Shown here in pieces: positions 10,295 through 20,206 of a DNA stretch of 64,000 nt. Location: positions 800,001 to 864,000 of the forward strand of contig CP170459.1 in assembly GCA_047947115.1 (NCBI GenBank), written 5' to 3'. Below the pieces are notes generated by a model. It had not been told where the DNA came from. It made no database searches and saw only the letters and a list, made by a program, of their open reading frames with translations. Position numbers and translations under genes: made by a program. Position 1 is the stretch's first letter. Each line of letters begins with the position of its first letter. The DNA comes from Verrucomicrobiota bacterium. GTDB taxonomy: Bacteria > Verrucomicrobiota > Verrucomicrobiia > Limisphaerales > AAA164-E04.

Positions 10295-10341
10295 AAAAAG
10301 CAAAACCCGGCCGATTCCACCTATGGAACCGACCGGGATGA
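10295..10341 (-). terminator. rho-independent terminator after glgP
   Basis: Minus strand reads CCCGGTCGGTTCCA-loop-TGGAATCGGCCGGG followed by TTTTGCTTTTT. Confidence 0.7.
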
Positions 10342-10345
10342 ATGT

Positions 10346-12481
10346 TTATTCGCCAGTGAGGTAATACTTGTTGGCGTAATCCTGCACCATACGCCAGGTA
10401 TTGTATTCCGGCGTGAGCGTGGAGATGGATCGACGGATTTTTTGAATCCACTGACGCGGCACTCCTGCGGCATCGCGGTTGTAAAAGGTGGGAATCACCT
10501 CGTCATTAAGAACCTTATAGAGGTTTTCGCTGTCAACACGATCCTGCTCTTCGATGGAATCAGGATGCGAATCCGGTCCGATGGCAAAACCGTTGGTGCC
10601 ATCGAAACCTTCACGCCACCAACCGTCCATGATGCTCATGTTCAAACACCCATGCGCGGAAGTTTTCTGGCCACTGGTTCCGGAAGCTTCCAATGGACGA
10701 CGTGGATTGTTCAACCATACATCACAACCGGACACCATCTGACGGGCCACATGGATGTCGTAGTTCTCAAGGAACACCAGGTGTCCATGCAATTCCGTGT
10801 GTTTGCTGAGGTGGATGATGTGTTGAATGAAACGCTTACCTTCATCATCGCGAGGATGCGCTTTTCCGGCAAAGATAAACTGAATAGGGCGCTGCTTGTC
10901 TTTGACCAGTTTAACGATGTGCTCGAACTGCTGGAAGATGAGCGGAGCGCGCTTGTATGTCGCAAAACGTCGCGCAAATCCGATCGTAAGAACGTCCGGG
11001 TTCAGCAGATGATCGTAGGTGATGAAGTTTTCCCGTTTCAAATTCTGGCTTTGAATCAACAGTCGACGACGGGCAAACTCGATCAACTCACGCCGCAACA
11101 CCGAGCGCAATGCCCATATCTCCTCATCGGAAACAAACCCAGGATCCTCCATGCGTTGCCAGAATTCGGGAGTGTTCAAATCCGTTTCCCAACCCTCTCC
11201 CAAACGACGACGGAAGAATCGGCGCAAAGGCCCTTTCATCCAACCGGCAACATGTACCCCGTTCGTAATGTGCCCAATCGGCACTTCTTCAACGGATTTG
11301 CCAGGGTAAAGTCCCTGCCACATCTGGCGACTGATTTCACCATGAAGTTCACTCACACCATTGGCAGTACGTGAATACTTGAGCGCCAGAACCGTCATGC
11401 AGAAAGGTTCCGATTCATCCCCCTGCTGCACGCGCCCCATGTCCATGAACTCCTGATGAGAAATCTTGAGGTTGGAAGCAAAGCGATGTGCGGCATACTG
11501 CACCAGATCGCTGCTGAAACGATCATGACCGGCTTCCACAGGAGTATGCGTGGTGAAAATACATTCCTTGGTGGTTAATGCTTTGGCTTCATCCAGGGAA
11601 CTGCCTGCAGCCAGCTTCTCACGCATCAGTTCCAGGGTCAGGAATGCGGCGTGCCCTTCATTCATGTGAAACACGGAAGGCTGAAGACCCAGCGCACGCA
11701 ACATGCGAACGCCACCGACACCCAGCAGGATTTCCTGCATGATGCGCGTCGTGCTGTCGCCGCCATAAACCCGCAGGGTGAGATCACGATAGTGTTCCTC
11801 GTTCTCGGGCAGGTTGGTATCCATCAGGTAAAGGGGAATGCGCCCCACATTGACCTGCCATACTTTGAATTTCACCTGACTCGTGGCGATTTGCACCATG
11901 CAGGTCAACTGCTCACCTTTGGCATCAAGAACAGCCTCCATGGGCAGGTTTCGAGGGTTGAGTATGGAATAGTATTCCGTCTGCCAGTTTTCCTCGTTGA
12001 TGGTCTGCATGAAGTAGCCCTGACGATAAAACAGGCTGATCCCTACAAACGGCAACCCCAGATCACTGGCCGACTTGGCGTGATCCCCTGCCAGAATGCC
12101 CAGTCCGCCTGCAGCGATGGGGAGAGTTTCGCTGAGACCAAACTCGGCCGAGAAATAAGCGACCGGCTTGTCATTTAATTTCTGCGCGTTCTCAGCGGCC
12201 CAGGTGTTGGGCTCGTTCATGTAGGCATCGAATTTTTTCAACACATCCCGTACTGCATCGGCAAATGCCGGTTCCTGCAATCGGGTACGGAGTTCGTAAT
12301 CGGATACCTCGTGCAACACGGCAACCGCGTTGTGATACAGGTTTTGCCAGGCACGCGGGGAAAGCTTGTGAAAGATTTCCTGCGCTTCCTGGTTCCAGGT
12401 CCACCAAAGGTTGCGGGCAAGCCGGTTCAACCCGAGGATCAGTTCAGATAATTCCGCTGAAGAAAGCGGTTCAGTTTTCAT
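10346..12481 (-). CDS. glgP: alpha-glucan (glycogen) phosphorylase
   Basis: AYFSAEFG, GGLGILAGDH, HMNEGH, GFARRFATYKR, EASGTSGQK (PLP lysine). Confidence 0.96.
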   Translation of the reverse strand: MKTEPLSSAELSELILGLNRLARNLWWTWNQEAQEIFHKLSPRAWQNLYHNAVAVLHEVSDYELRTRLQEPAFADAVRDVLKKFDAYMNEPNTWAAENAQKLNDKPVAYFSAEFGLSETLPIAAGGLGILAGDHAKSASDLGLPFVGISLFYRQGYFMQTINEENWQTEYYSILNPRNLPMEAVLDAKGEQLTCMVQIATSQVKFKVWQVNVGRIPLYLMDTNLPENEEHYRDLTLRVYGGDSTTRIMQEILLGVGGVRMLRALGLQPSVFHMNEGHAAFLTLELMREKLAAGSSLDEAKALTTKECIFTTHTPVEAGHDRFSSDLVQYAAHRFASNLKISHQEFMDMGRVQQGDESEPFCMTVLALKYSRTANGVSELHGEISRQMWQGLYPGKSVEEVPIGHITNGVHVAGWMKGPLRRFFRRRLGEGWETDLNTPEFWQRMEDPGFVSDEEIWALRSVLRRELIEFARRRLLIQSQNLKRENFITYDHLLNPDVLTIGFARRFATYKRAPLIFQQFEHIVKLVKDKQRPIQFIFAGKAHPRDDEGKRFIQHIIHLSKHTELHGHLVFLENYDIHVARQMVSGCDVWLNNPRRPLEASGTSGQKTSAHGCLNMSIMDGWWREGFDGTNGFAIGPDSHPDSIEEQDRVDSENLYKVLNDEVIPTFYNRDAAGVPRQWIQKIRRSISTLTPEYNTWRMVQDYANKYYLTGE

Positions 12482-12761
12482 AGTCCAAGTTCAGATTTAA
12501 GGTTAATCAAAGGTCGGAAACGGCAAGAAATGCCACTACCAACATGTGAGCAAAGACAAAACGATGGGTTTTGGCAATCTATTGTTTCCCCGAAGAAATA
12601 AGGACCCGCCCCCCGCCCAAGAACGCATACCCACGCCAAGGCACTCTGAAACGTGTTGTACAGCACCGCTCTGAACACCTTCCACATGCCCCAGTCGGGT
12701 TAAAATACTGCGAACCTGAGCCTAAACGTCGAATGTGCCCTCGCGGATGGATGAGGGTAGA

Positions 12762-13141
12762 CTAGCCCCCTGCACCCAGACTATACGGCCAGGTCACAGC
12801 CAGACTGACAAACCCCTTGCGCTCAAGGATCGGTTTACTCATCGGAGCGGCATCCACCGACAGATATCGATGGCCTTTTGGTCGCAGCTTCCTTTAAACG
12901 CGTGGTCAGCAACGCAGAATAGATCCCTTTTTGGCGAAGTCTCGGAATCACGGCTCCCCCATGCAGTTCGGGAGACGGAGATCCGGGTAAATACTCCACC
13001 CATCCGGATCCGACAACCTCCTCCTTTGCCTTCACATGGAGCCTGTCGCACGAGATATCCCAGGTCCTCTCGCTTGAAGCCCGCAAAGCTCATGGTTCCG
13101 CGGTCTTTGATATACTCTTCTTTTACAGATTCTCGATCCAT
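12762..13141 (-). pseudogene. GNAT acetyltransferase pseudogene (internal deletion plus frameshift)
   Basis: Three pieces in different frames: MDRESVKEEYIKDR...YLVRQAPCEGKGG; EVVGSGWVEYLPGSPSPELHGGAVIPRLRQKGIYSALLTTRLKEAATK (acetyl-CoA motif A, RQKG); and, after one extra A at 12876-12879, GHRYLSVDAAPMSKPILERKGFVSLAVTWPY...TAG. Confidence 0.75.
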
Positions 13142-13173
13142 CACGGAAAATGAGCGAAGCCAATCAGCTTGGA

Positions 13174-13770
13174 TCAGGACTTGCGAGCAACCGTCACCGT
13201 ATCGAAGGCTGCTTCCATCGGAAATCCCAGTGGCGCCAGCAGCTTCGATATCAAAATACGCTTCTTGCTCTGCCATTCCATACCGATGCCGGGGACCACT
13301 TTTTTGATGCCTTTGGACTCGATACTCTCGCACTTGGAAAGCACCACTTCCAAACCCGCCTCCTCAGAAACAGCCCGCATCCCATCCGGATACGCGCGCC
13401 AGCAATCCTGGGGATGTTCGTGGTAAGGCCAACTGACCGGATTCAAGGTGATGACCAAACCGCCCTTTTTGGTAATACGCGCCAGTTCCTTCATCCACGC
13501 CCAAATCTTGGGAACATGCTCAAACACTTGCGCGGAAAACACCAGATCATAAGATTCGTCTTCGATCGGAAACGTATAAGGATCGACGTTTCGGTAAGTA
13601 AGCCGTTCGTCATCGGTGATATCCAATGTGTCCCATTGACCCGATCCACCGGTGGCAAGCTTGCAGTAGGGAGACGGGAAATCAGACGGCCCGATTTCAA
13701 GAATACGTTCGGCATCCTTGAAATAACTCTGGGCGTAGGCTTCAAAAAGTAATCGACTGTTGTTGTGCAT
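13174..13770 (-). CDS. class I SAM-dependent methyltransferase
   Basis: ILEIGP, SYDLVFSAQVFEHV, ELARITKKGG, WPYHEHPQDCWR. Confidence 0.88.
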   Translation of the reverse strand: MHNNSRLLFEAYAQSYFKDAERILEIGPSDFPSPYCKLATGGSGQWDTLDITDDERLTYRNVDPYTFPIEDESYDLVFSAQVFEHVPKIWAWMKELARITKKGGLVITLNPVSWPYHEHPQDCWRAYPDGMRAVSEEAGLEVVLSKCESIESKGIKKVVPGIGMEWQSKKRILISKLLAPLGFPMEAAFDTVTVARKS

Positions 13771-13794
13771 GTGTTTCTTGATTGATGAAGAACT

Positions 13795-14310
13795 CTACCG
13801 GGATTTCCTGCCATAGAGCAAGTCAACCTGTGTCTCGCCGGTGAGATATTGAATGACTTCCATGACATTCGGATCGGCTTTGGACTCGGGAAAATGAACG
13901 AGAAACCATCGAACCTTGCCTTCCGGCAACAATTCTTCGTCTGGTAAAATCGGATGTTCCTCCCAAGGTTTGGGCAATTGTTCCCACAGCCCACGTTGGG
14001 ATTCACTCAACAGGATAATGCGCGACGCATTCAAATCAGGCAATGTCACCTCGGGAACCGAACCTGTCTGCAGGGGAATCCGTTTGACTTGTATACCATG
14101 AGCCAATTCGTAAGCCGTCATCAGTTCCTTGAACATCTCGCCAATACCGGATTCCACATACATTTCGACCGCTTTCAGAGATCGCTGACCTTCGGGCAAT
14201 GGTCCGGTATCCTTCTGCATCGTCAACACACTGGCACGCCACCAGGTGAGCAACGACAAAGCCACCACCGTGGACACAAGAATCAAGATATTTTCCTTCC
14301 GACGCGTCAT
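13795..14310 (-). CDS. hypothetical membrane-anchored protein (weakly substrate-binding-protein-like)
   Basis: Basic N-terminus plus hydrophobic helix; co-oriented with the methyltransferase, 24 bp upstream of it. Confidence 0.55.
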   Translation of the reverse strand: MTRRKENILILVSTVVALSLLTWWRASVLTMQKDTGPLPEGQRSLKAVEMYVESGIGEMFKELMTAYELAHGIQVKRIPLQTGSVPEVTLPDLNASRIILLSESQRGLWEQLPKPWEEHPILPDEELLPEGKVRWFLVHFPESKADPNVMEVIQYLTGETQVDLLYGRKSR

Positions 14311-14395
14311 TTCCGAAATGTTGACGACAATAGCGCGCAATTGCAAACCAAGCTTACAGATATGTGCAAACCAGCGATCCTATTCGGACACTTCA

Positions 14396-14604
14396 GGTAG
14401 TGCGTGCCGTCCCTGGTGTGCTCCTTGTGGTGTTCAAACTCTCCAATCACCTTCCATTTCGGGAAGCCTACAATTCTCGAAATCCCGATCTGCATTCGAA
14501 TATAAACAAAGGAATTTATCGTTCAGATGCGCCGGCGCTTTCCTTTGGATGACATCATTACTCTCGGATGCCATAAGGGGCGCATCGGGACGATACGATC
14601 TACC
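14396..14604. repeat. REPIN/MITE-like element family B, copy 2
   Basis: GGTAG...CCTTGTGG left end; CAATCACCTTCCATTTCGGGAAGCC and TTTCCTTTGGATG boxes; GCCATAAGG...CTACC right end. Confidence 0.8.
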
Positions 14605-14605
14605 T

Positions 14606-14707
14606 GTGGGGAACCCGCTGCCGCGGATCCGTCAGCGCGCTGAGGGGTATGAAGACTTATGGTGGCATTCGGACACAACACCGGCCGAGCAGCAGCTCAG
14701 CCCTACC
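14606..14707. repeat. single degenerate unit of the 123-bp REP-doublet family A
   Basis: GTGGGGAACCCGCTGCCGCGGATCC...TTCGGACAC...GGCCGAGCAGCAGCTCAGCCCTACC matches the array unit at 20207. Confidence 0.85.
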
Positions 14708-14774
14708 CGAAACCAATTCAATTCGCTCGCATTTTGATTCGACTCCCCCCTCCCGCGCTTGGCAAATTGCCCGC

Positions 14775-15440
14775 ATGTCGGAATCTTTGCCATGGAACAA
14801 TGAAATCGAAGCGGCTTCTTTGGTGATCTGGGATTATCATTGCCTGAAAAGGCCTGTCGAACCAGCTGAAATGATCCTGATCCTCGGAAGCCACGATTTG
14901 CGCGTCGGTGACCGCGCGGCAGAACTTTATCACGCGGGCATGGCTCCTCTGCTGTTATTCACCGGTGGATATGGAAACTGGACCGATGGCGTCTTTGAAA
15001 AGCCGGAAGCCGAACTCATTTCCGAACGAGCCATGGAATGCGGCGTCCCGGCGGAAGCCATTCTCAAAGAACCCAACGCCACCAACACCGGGGAAAACAT
15101 CCGAAACTCCAAAGCGCTTCTGAAAGAAAAAGGCATTCAAATCGAGAAAGCCATCGCCATCCAAAAACCTTACATGGAGCGCCGCGCCTACGCTTCCCTT
15201 TGCAAGCAATGGACGGAAATCGAATGGCAGATCACATCACCTCAACTCAGTTTCCACCAATATTGCAACGCTGACATCACCCAGGAACTCGTCACCGAAA
15301 TCATGGTCGGCGACCTGGAGCGCATCATTGAATACCCCAAACTCGGATACCAAACCGAACAGGAAATGCCGGAATCCGTTCTGGAAGCCTGGCGGTTTCT
15401 CATCAAGGAAGGCTATGATGGGCATTTGATGGCGAAGTGA
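14775..15440 (+). CDS. YdcF/DUF218 family protein
   Basis: IWDYH, ILILGSHD, LFTGGYG, EPNATNTGEN, QKPYMERRAYA. Confidence 0.9.
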   Translation: MSESLPWNNEIEAASLVIWDYHCLKRPVEPAEMILILGSHDLRVGDRAAELYHAGMAPLLLFTGGYGNWTDGVFEKPEAELISERAMECGVPAEAILKEPNATNTGENIRNSKALLKEKGIQIEKAIAIQKPYMERRAYASLCKQWTEIEWQITSPQLSFHQYCNADITQELVTEIMVGDLERIIEYPKLGYQTEQEMPESVLEAWRFLIKEGYDGHLMAK

Positions 15441-15490
15441 GGAGTGAATGAATATTGCAATTAAGGAACACAAAGTCTATCTTTGGAATC

Positions 15491-15706
15491 ATGATGAATG
15501 CGGAAACAATTATTAGTGACATACAAAGTCTACCTGCATCCGAACAACAAAAAGTGCACGAGTTTTTTCTTACTCAGCAAATCCCTGACATCCACCAAAA
15601 GGTTCAAGCCGGAATTGATCAACTGAATAAAGGGATGGTCGTAGAAGGTGACGCTATGTTTCAGAGATTACTTGCAAAAGCTAAATCAATTGCTGATCCC
15701 AAATGA
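15491..15706 (+). CDS. putative ParD-like antitoxin
   Basis: Small ORF with ATGA overlap into the parE gene; KVQAGIDQLNKGMVVEG resembles ParD C-termini. Confidence 0.7.
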   Translation: MMNAETIISDIQSLPASEQQKVHEFFLTQQIPDIHQKVQAGIDQLNKGMVVEGDAMFQRLLAKAKSIADPK

Positions 15707-15996
15707 AGCGGCCAACTTTTACCAGGTTGGCGGAACAAGATCTTGATGACATTTTAAACTACATCGCTCTGGACAATCCTAAAGCAGCGGTAAAGTTTGT
15801 TTTAACAATAAAGAAGAAATGTGAGTTTTTGGCGTTGTTTCCTGAGATTGGAATGCTCAAGTTGGATTTAGGTGCAGGTATTAGGAGTTTTCCGGTTCGC
15901 AATTACTTGATTATATATCGCGCCTCAGATGAAGGAATTGAAGTAGCAAGAATCCTAAGCGGATTTCGCAGGCTTCCCCAGTTTTTCAGGCATTAA
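15703..15996 (+). CDS. parE: ParE/RelE family toxin
   Basis: FTRLAEQDLDDILNYIALDNPKAA...FPEIG...RSFPVRNYLIIYR...IEVARIL. Confidence 0.9.
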   Translation: MKRPTFTRLAEQDLDDILNYIALDNPKAAVKFVLTIKKKCEFLALFPEIGMLKLDLGAGIRSFPVRNYLIIYRASDEGIEVARILSGFRRLPQFFRH

Positions 15997-18971
15997 TCCA
16001 ATTCCCGCAACGCCATCCCCGTGAAACTCCCTTTACATTTCTTGACCGTTTCCGGAGTCCCGCACGCCACCAGTTCACCACCGCCATCACCACCCTCCGG
16101 GCCCAGATCCAGAATCCAATCAGAACTCTTGATCACATCGATGTGATGCTCGATCATGATGACCGAATGGCCTGCATCCACCAAATCCTGAAACAAATTC
16201 AGCAGAATCCGCACATCTTCAAAATGCAGACCGGTCGTGGGTTCATCAAAAACATACAGACAATGCTTCGGACCATTGCGCATGCCCGATATTTGAGTGA
16301 GGTGCTTGACCAGTTTGAGGCGTTGGCTTTCCCCTCCACTCAAAGTATTGACCGGTTGACCCAGTTGCAAATAGCCCAATCCCGCCCTTTGCAGCCATTC
16401 CAGCCCATACCCCGCCTTTTGAGCATGACGTGATTCGGGAAGGGATTGGAGGAAATCCAACACCTCATCCACCGTCGCTTCCAACAGATCGGCAATGCTC
16501 CAGGAACGGCGCGGTTTCTTCGATCTACCTTCGCTTTCCTCAACAAGCTTGATCTCCAAAATCTGCGGTCGATAGCGACGCCCTTCGCACTCGGGACAGC
16601 GTATGAAAATGTCGCTTAAAAACTGCATCTCAATCTTCTCAAAACCCACCCCCTTGCAGTGCTGGCACTGGCCGGTCTTTGAATTAAAACTGAAGTTGCC
16701 CGGTTTGAGTTTCTTTTTCTTAGCATCGTTCGTCTGAGCAAACAGCTCTCTTATGGAATCGAACGCCCCGATGTACACTGCCGGATTGGATCGCGGCGTT
16801 CGCCCGATGGGAGACTGATCCACCAGCACCGTTTCATCGATCACTTTAGCACCGCTAAGTTTTGCAGCTTTTGAACCGGCATCGGATTCGGACAAATCCG
16901 AATCCTCATCATCAAACGTTTTCTCGAGCGTCAAATCCTGATTCAAACTATCCTTTAATAAAGGAATCAACACCTCACGCACCAAGGTCGTTTTGCCAGA
17001 CCCACTGACACCGGTGATGCAAACCAATCGATTCAAAGGGATGGCAACAGACAGGTCCTTGAGATTAAACTTGCAGGCATGCTCGATTCGCAACCAACCG
17101 GATTTCGACCTCGGATTCACCGGACGCGCACGGAACGCATCGATGTTCAGATGACCAGAGAGGTATTTACCCGTCAACGATTGAGCCGATTCGAGAAGTT
17201 TCGAAACAGTCCCTTGAAACACCACATTGCCCCCGGATTCGCCGTGCCCCGGACCGATGTCGATGATCTGATCCGCAGCTTCCATCATCTTCGCCTCGTG
17301 CTCCACCACCACAACCGTGTTTCCCAGATCACGCAGTTGTTGCAGGATTTGAATAAGCCGATCCGTATCACGCGGATGAAGCCCCACACTGGGTTCGTCC
17401 AACACGTAAAGTGTATTGACGAGACGCGTGCCAAGGCAACTGGTTAGATTCACTCGTTCGGTTTCCCCGCCGGAAAGGCTGCGCGTCGGTCGGTCCAGAG
17501 TGAGGTAATCCAACCCAACCTCCACCATGAACGCCAAACGCGACTGTATCTCATCCAACACCAAACCGAGGGGTTCGGTCGATTTGGGTTTGAATCGATC
17601 CCGCCAGGACTGTAACGCGCGTAACGCTTCCCCCAAAGGAAGCCGATAAAATTCAGGCAACGATATTCCGTGCTTTGAAGCACCTTCCAACGGCATGCGG
17701 TAATTCAAAGCATCCGGCTTTAACCGATTGCCATGGCAAGAAGGACACATCTTGTAAGTGCGATAACGCGCCAACAACACGCGCACATGCATCTTGTAAG
17801 ACTTCGATTCCAACCACCGAAAATAACCCCTCACCCCATACCAGGCCTTCGGCCACTGATGCTCCGCGTCCTTCCCGTAATCCGGATCCCCTTCCAGCAC
17901 CCATGCCTGCAAATCCTCCGACATTTTTTCAAAGGGCACGTTTGTGGGAACCTTGCGCTTGCGACAGAAAGAGATCAGATCATTCTGACATTCCACCCCA
18001 TGTCCGGTCTGCCAAGGTTTGACAACTCCGTCAGCTATGGAAAGCCGGGTATCTGGAATCGCCGACATAAGGTCGATGGTGATCACCCGGCCAAACCCTT
18101 TGCATTCAGGGCATGCGCCGACGGGATTGTTGAAACTGAACAAGGAAGGCGTCGGCTCCCGGTAATCCAGATCACAATGCGAACAATGCCGGTGGAGCGA
18201 ATGACGTTTCATGCGGGACTCCTTACGATAATCCCTCTCAAAAACCCGAACCGTTAAATGTCCTTTCCCAAAATGATAAGCCTGTTCACAAGCCTCCACA
18301 AATCTGGAGCGCGATTTGGCGTCCAGACGCAGCCTGTCCAGCACAATTGTCAGGTGTTTAGGTTTCAACCCTTCCAAGGAAGGCAGCGATTCCTCCAGGC
18401 GCATGGGTTCGTCATCAACCAGCAAACGCCTGAATCCCTGCTGCTCTACCAAACCAAGCGATTCACTCAAACTAAGCTTGGAACTTAAGGGCACATCAAA
18501 GGTCACCATCACCGTTTCACCCGGTGCAGCTTCGGACCAATGTTTCCAAACAAAGCCAGGATCCTCCTCACGCACCACCTCCCCGCATTCCGAACAAAAC
18601 AACTCTGCTTTTTGCGCCCACAACACCTTGGCGTGATCGCAAATCTCGGTCATGGTCCCTATGGTGGATCGGGTGGTCTTGACAGCATTGCGTTGTTCAA
18701 TCGCAATGGCAGGCGGGATGCCCTCGATTCGATCGACCTTGGGTTTGTCCATTCGATCGAAAAACTGGCGGGCGTAAGGCGTGAACGTTTCGATATAACG
18801 ACGCTGCCCCTCGGCATAAAGCGTATCAAAAGCCAGCGAACTTTTTCCCGACCCACTCAATCCGGTCACCACCACCAACTTGCCAAGTGGAATATCCAAA
18901 TCAAAATCCTTGAGGTTGTTATGACGAACCCCACGCAATCGAATGCAATTGTCCCGCTTCTTCCTGGGCAT
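15993..18971 (-). CDS. uvrA: excinuclease ABC subunit A
   Basis: Two Walker A motifs (GLSGSGKSS, GVSGSGKTT), two LSGGE signatures, zinc-finger cysteines, EGQRRYIE. Confidence 0.95.
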   Translation of the reverse strand: MPRKKRDNCIRLRGVRHNNLKDFDLDIPLGKLVVVTGLSGSGKSSLAFDTLYAEGQRRYIETFTPYARQFFDRMDKPKVDRIEGIPPAIAIEQRNAVKTTRSTIGTMTEICDHAKVLWAQKAELFCSECGEVVREEDPGFVWKHWSEAAPGETVMVTFDVPLSSKLSLSESLGLVEQQGFRRLLVDDEPMRLEESLPSLEGLKPKHLTIVLDRLRLDAKSRSRFVEACEQAYHFGKGHLTVRVFERDYRKESRMKRHSLHRHCSHCDLDYREPTPSLFSFNNPVGACPECKGFGRVITIDLMSAIPDTRLSIADGVVKPWQTGHGVECQNDLISFCRKRKVPTNVPFEKMSEDLQAWVLEGDPDYGKDAEHQWPKAWYGVRGYFRWLESKSYKMHVRVLLARYRTYKMCPSCHGNRLKPDALNYRMPLEGASKHGISLPEFYRLPLGEALRALQSWRDRFKPKSTEPLGLVLDEIQSRLAFMVEVGLDYLTLDRPTRSLSGGETERVNLTSCLGTRLVNTLYVLDEPSVGLHPRDTDRLIQILQQLRDLGNTVVVVEHEAKMMEAADQIIDIGPGHGESGGNVVFQGTVSKLLESAQSLTGKYLSGHLNIDAFRARPVNPRSKSGWLRIEHACKFNLKDLSVAIPLNRLVCITGVSGSGKTTLVREVLIPLLKDSLNQDLTLEKTFDDEDSDLSESDAGSKAAKLSGAKVIDETVLVDQSPIGRTPRSNPAVYIGAFDSIRELFAQTNDAKKKKLKPGNFSFNSKTGQCQHCKGVGFEKIEMQFLSDIFIRCPECEGRRYRPQILEIKLVEESEGRSKKPRRSWSIADLLEATVDEVLDFLQSLPESRHAQKAGYGLEWLQRAGLGYLQLGQPVNTLSGGESQRLKLVKHLTQISGMRNGPKHCLYVFDEPTTGLHFEDVRILLNLFQDLVDAGHSVIMIEHHIDVIKSSDWILDLGPEGGDGGGELVACGTPETVKKCKGSFTGMALRELD

Positions 18972-19067
18972 GAGGCCGAAACTCTATCTCAGATGTCATT
19001 CATGTCAATGGGCTGGTATTTTTGCTCCACATTCAATACTTCAGACCAACACGCGACTGGCGCAATT

Positions 19068-19253
19068 TTTTGGAATGCTGTGGCTCGACACAGCTTTGGA
19101 TACGCCAGGGAAACGTTGTGGTCTCCTCGTGCAGACTGCACTCCATTACTAACAATGGAAGCACTTCAAGTGGATGTTCAAACCATTCGATATTGGACAC
19201 TGCTTGAGTACACGCACCGTATCCAGAGCGGTGATGCTCACCGCACTCCAGAA
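19068..19253. repeat. REP doublet family C (GGAGTGC type), copy 1, 186 bp
   Basis: TTTGGAATGCTGTGGCTCGACACAGCTTTGGAT...ATCCAGAGCGGTGATGCTCACCGCACTCCAGA inverted arms. Confidence 0.85.
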
Positions 19254-19339
19254 GGCGCAACAGGAACAGCCAAGCTGAAAGAACCTGACTGACGCGGAAT
19301 GGGCGTCGAAAATTATTATAAAAATTCCTCAAATATCCC

Positions 19340-19413
19340 TTGTGGATGATCGCTGGGATTCTTGCCTGTTTTTGCCTGAGGAGCATGTCTGGAAGTTCAA
19401 TGGTTGTCTTCAT
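19340..19413 (-). pseudogene. truncated VapB-like antitoxin remnant
   Basis: ATG at 19413 gives MKTTIELPDMLLRQKQAR, similar to the antitoxin start at 7087. Similarity is then lost and no toxin follows; the 3' limit is approximate. Confidence 0.5.
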
Positions 19414-19489
19414 TTGAGTTATGATAGTGAATACGGGGTTTGGCCAATGCACCACTTACAAGGGTTGCCAAAAGAAAATTCAGACAAGC

Positions 19490-19537
19490 CTCTGCGTCAC
19501 TGCGTCTCTAGTCCCGATTCATCGGGACGGGCATGAG
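19490..19537. repeat. short repeat family E, copy 1
   Basis: CTCTGCGTCACTGCGTCTCTA-GTCCCGA ttca TCGGGAC-GGGCATGAG; related copy at 39486. Confidence 0.6.
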
Positions 19538-19619
19538 GATTAACAAGTCTGAACGGATTCGCTTAAGCAAATACTTTTAGCAATAGATAAAGGTTTTCTA
19601 ATCAATCGCAATGATCCTA

Positions 19620-19661
19620 TTGACAGTTGATTTTTTTTGCGTACACTAATCCTGTACGCTT
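19620..19661 (+). promoter_or_regulatory. yefM-yoeB promoter with palindromic operator
   Basis: TTGACA (19620), 16 bp, TACACT. Perfect palindrome GCGTACA-N7-TGTACGC (19639-19659) overlaps the -10 box. ATG at 19662 has no Shine-Dalgarno. Confidence 0.75.
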
Positions 19662-19925
19662 ATGGAAGCTACCTATTCAGAAACCAGATCGAATTTCGCG
19701 TCATTGTGGGATAAAGTCATCGACGAACGGGAACCTCTCACCATCCATCGTCGAGGCGCGGAAGACGTGTCGCTTTTGCCGACCGCTGAGTTGCGAAGTC
19801 TGCAGGAAACGGCCTATCTGATGCGGTCCCCAAAAAACGCAAGGCGTTTGCTCGAAGCGCTCATGTCCTCTATCGAGCAACAAGGTGAAACAGTCTCCTT
19901 GGAGACACTTCGAAAAGATCTGTGA
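19662..19925 (+). CDS. yefM: Phd/YefM antitoxin
   Basis: TYSETRSNFASLWDKV...ETAYLMRSPKNARRL. Confidence 0.93.
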   Translation: MEATYSETRSNFASLWDKVIDEREPLTIHRRGAEDVSLLPTAELRSLQETAYLMRSPKNARRLLEALMSSIEQQGETVSLETLRKDL

Positions 19926-19929
19926 AACC

Positions 19930-20199
19930 GTGACCAGGAAGAAACGTATCTGCATTGTTCAAGAGCAATTCCGAGAAGACCTTCGCACCTGGATAAAACA
20001 AGACAAAAAAATTGCTTCGAAGGTCCTGGACATGGTGGAGGAGGTATTGAAAACCCCATTTGAAGGCCGGGGAAAACCGGAACCATTGAAATACCTCCCA
20101 GGAAATGTATGGTCACGCAGAATCACACATGAAGATCGATTGGTTTACAGGGTTTATGACGACAAGGTCGATTTTCTTCAGGCAAAATACCATTATTAA
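19930..20199 (+). CDS. yoeB: Txe/YoeB toxin
   Basis: TPFEGRGKPEPLKY, WSRRITHEDRLVY, C-terminal YHY. GTG start at 19930 is inferred. Confidence 0.93.
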   Translation: MTRKKRICIVQEQFREDLRTWIKQDKKIASKVLDMVEEVLKTPFEGRGKPEPLKYLPGNVWSRRITHEDRLVYRVYDDKVDFLQAKYHY

Positions 20200-20206
20200 T
20201 ACAGGA

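Noticed and set aside
9947..11374. Long plus-strand ORF (also 5433-6503, 23322-24152, 27648-28472, 47223-47936)
   Set aside because: Antisense shadows of well-supported genes.
12690..12810. 6S RNA-like long hairpin upstream of glgP
   Set aside because: The pairing is imperfect and short for 6S, and one arm is explained as the 3' coding end of the GNAT pseudogene. Not supportable without an Rfam search.
12482..13173. tmRNA, RNase P RNA or group II intron domain V
   Set aside because: No tRNA-like ends, no GAGGAAAGTCC, and the GAGCCGTG on the minus strand lacks the rest of domain V.
14649..14774. N-terminal extensions in the ORF track (YdcF here; also 44691 PQQ, 29672 TolB, 28866 DUF6807, 42446 scpA)
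   Set aside because: The extensions run through repeats, intergenic DNA or upstream genes; downstream ATGs fit the family N-termini or signal peptides.
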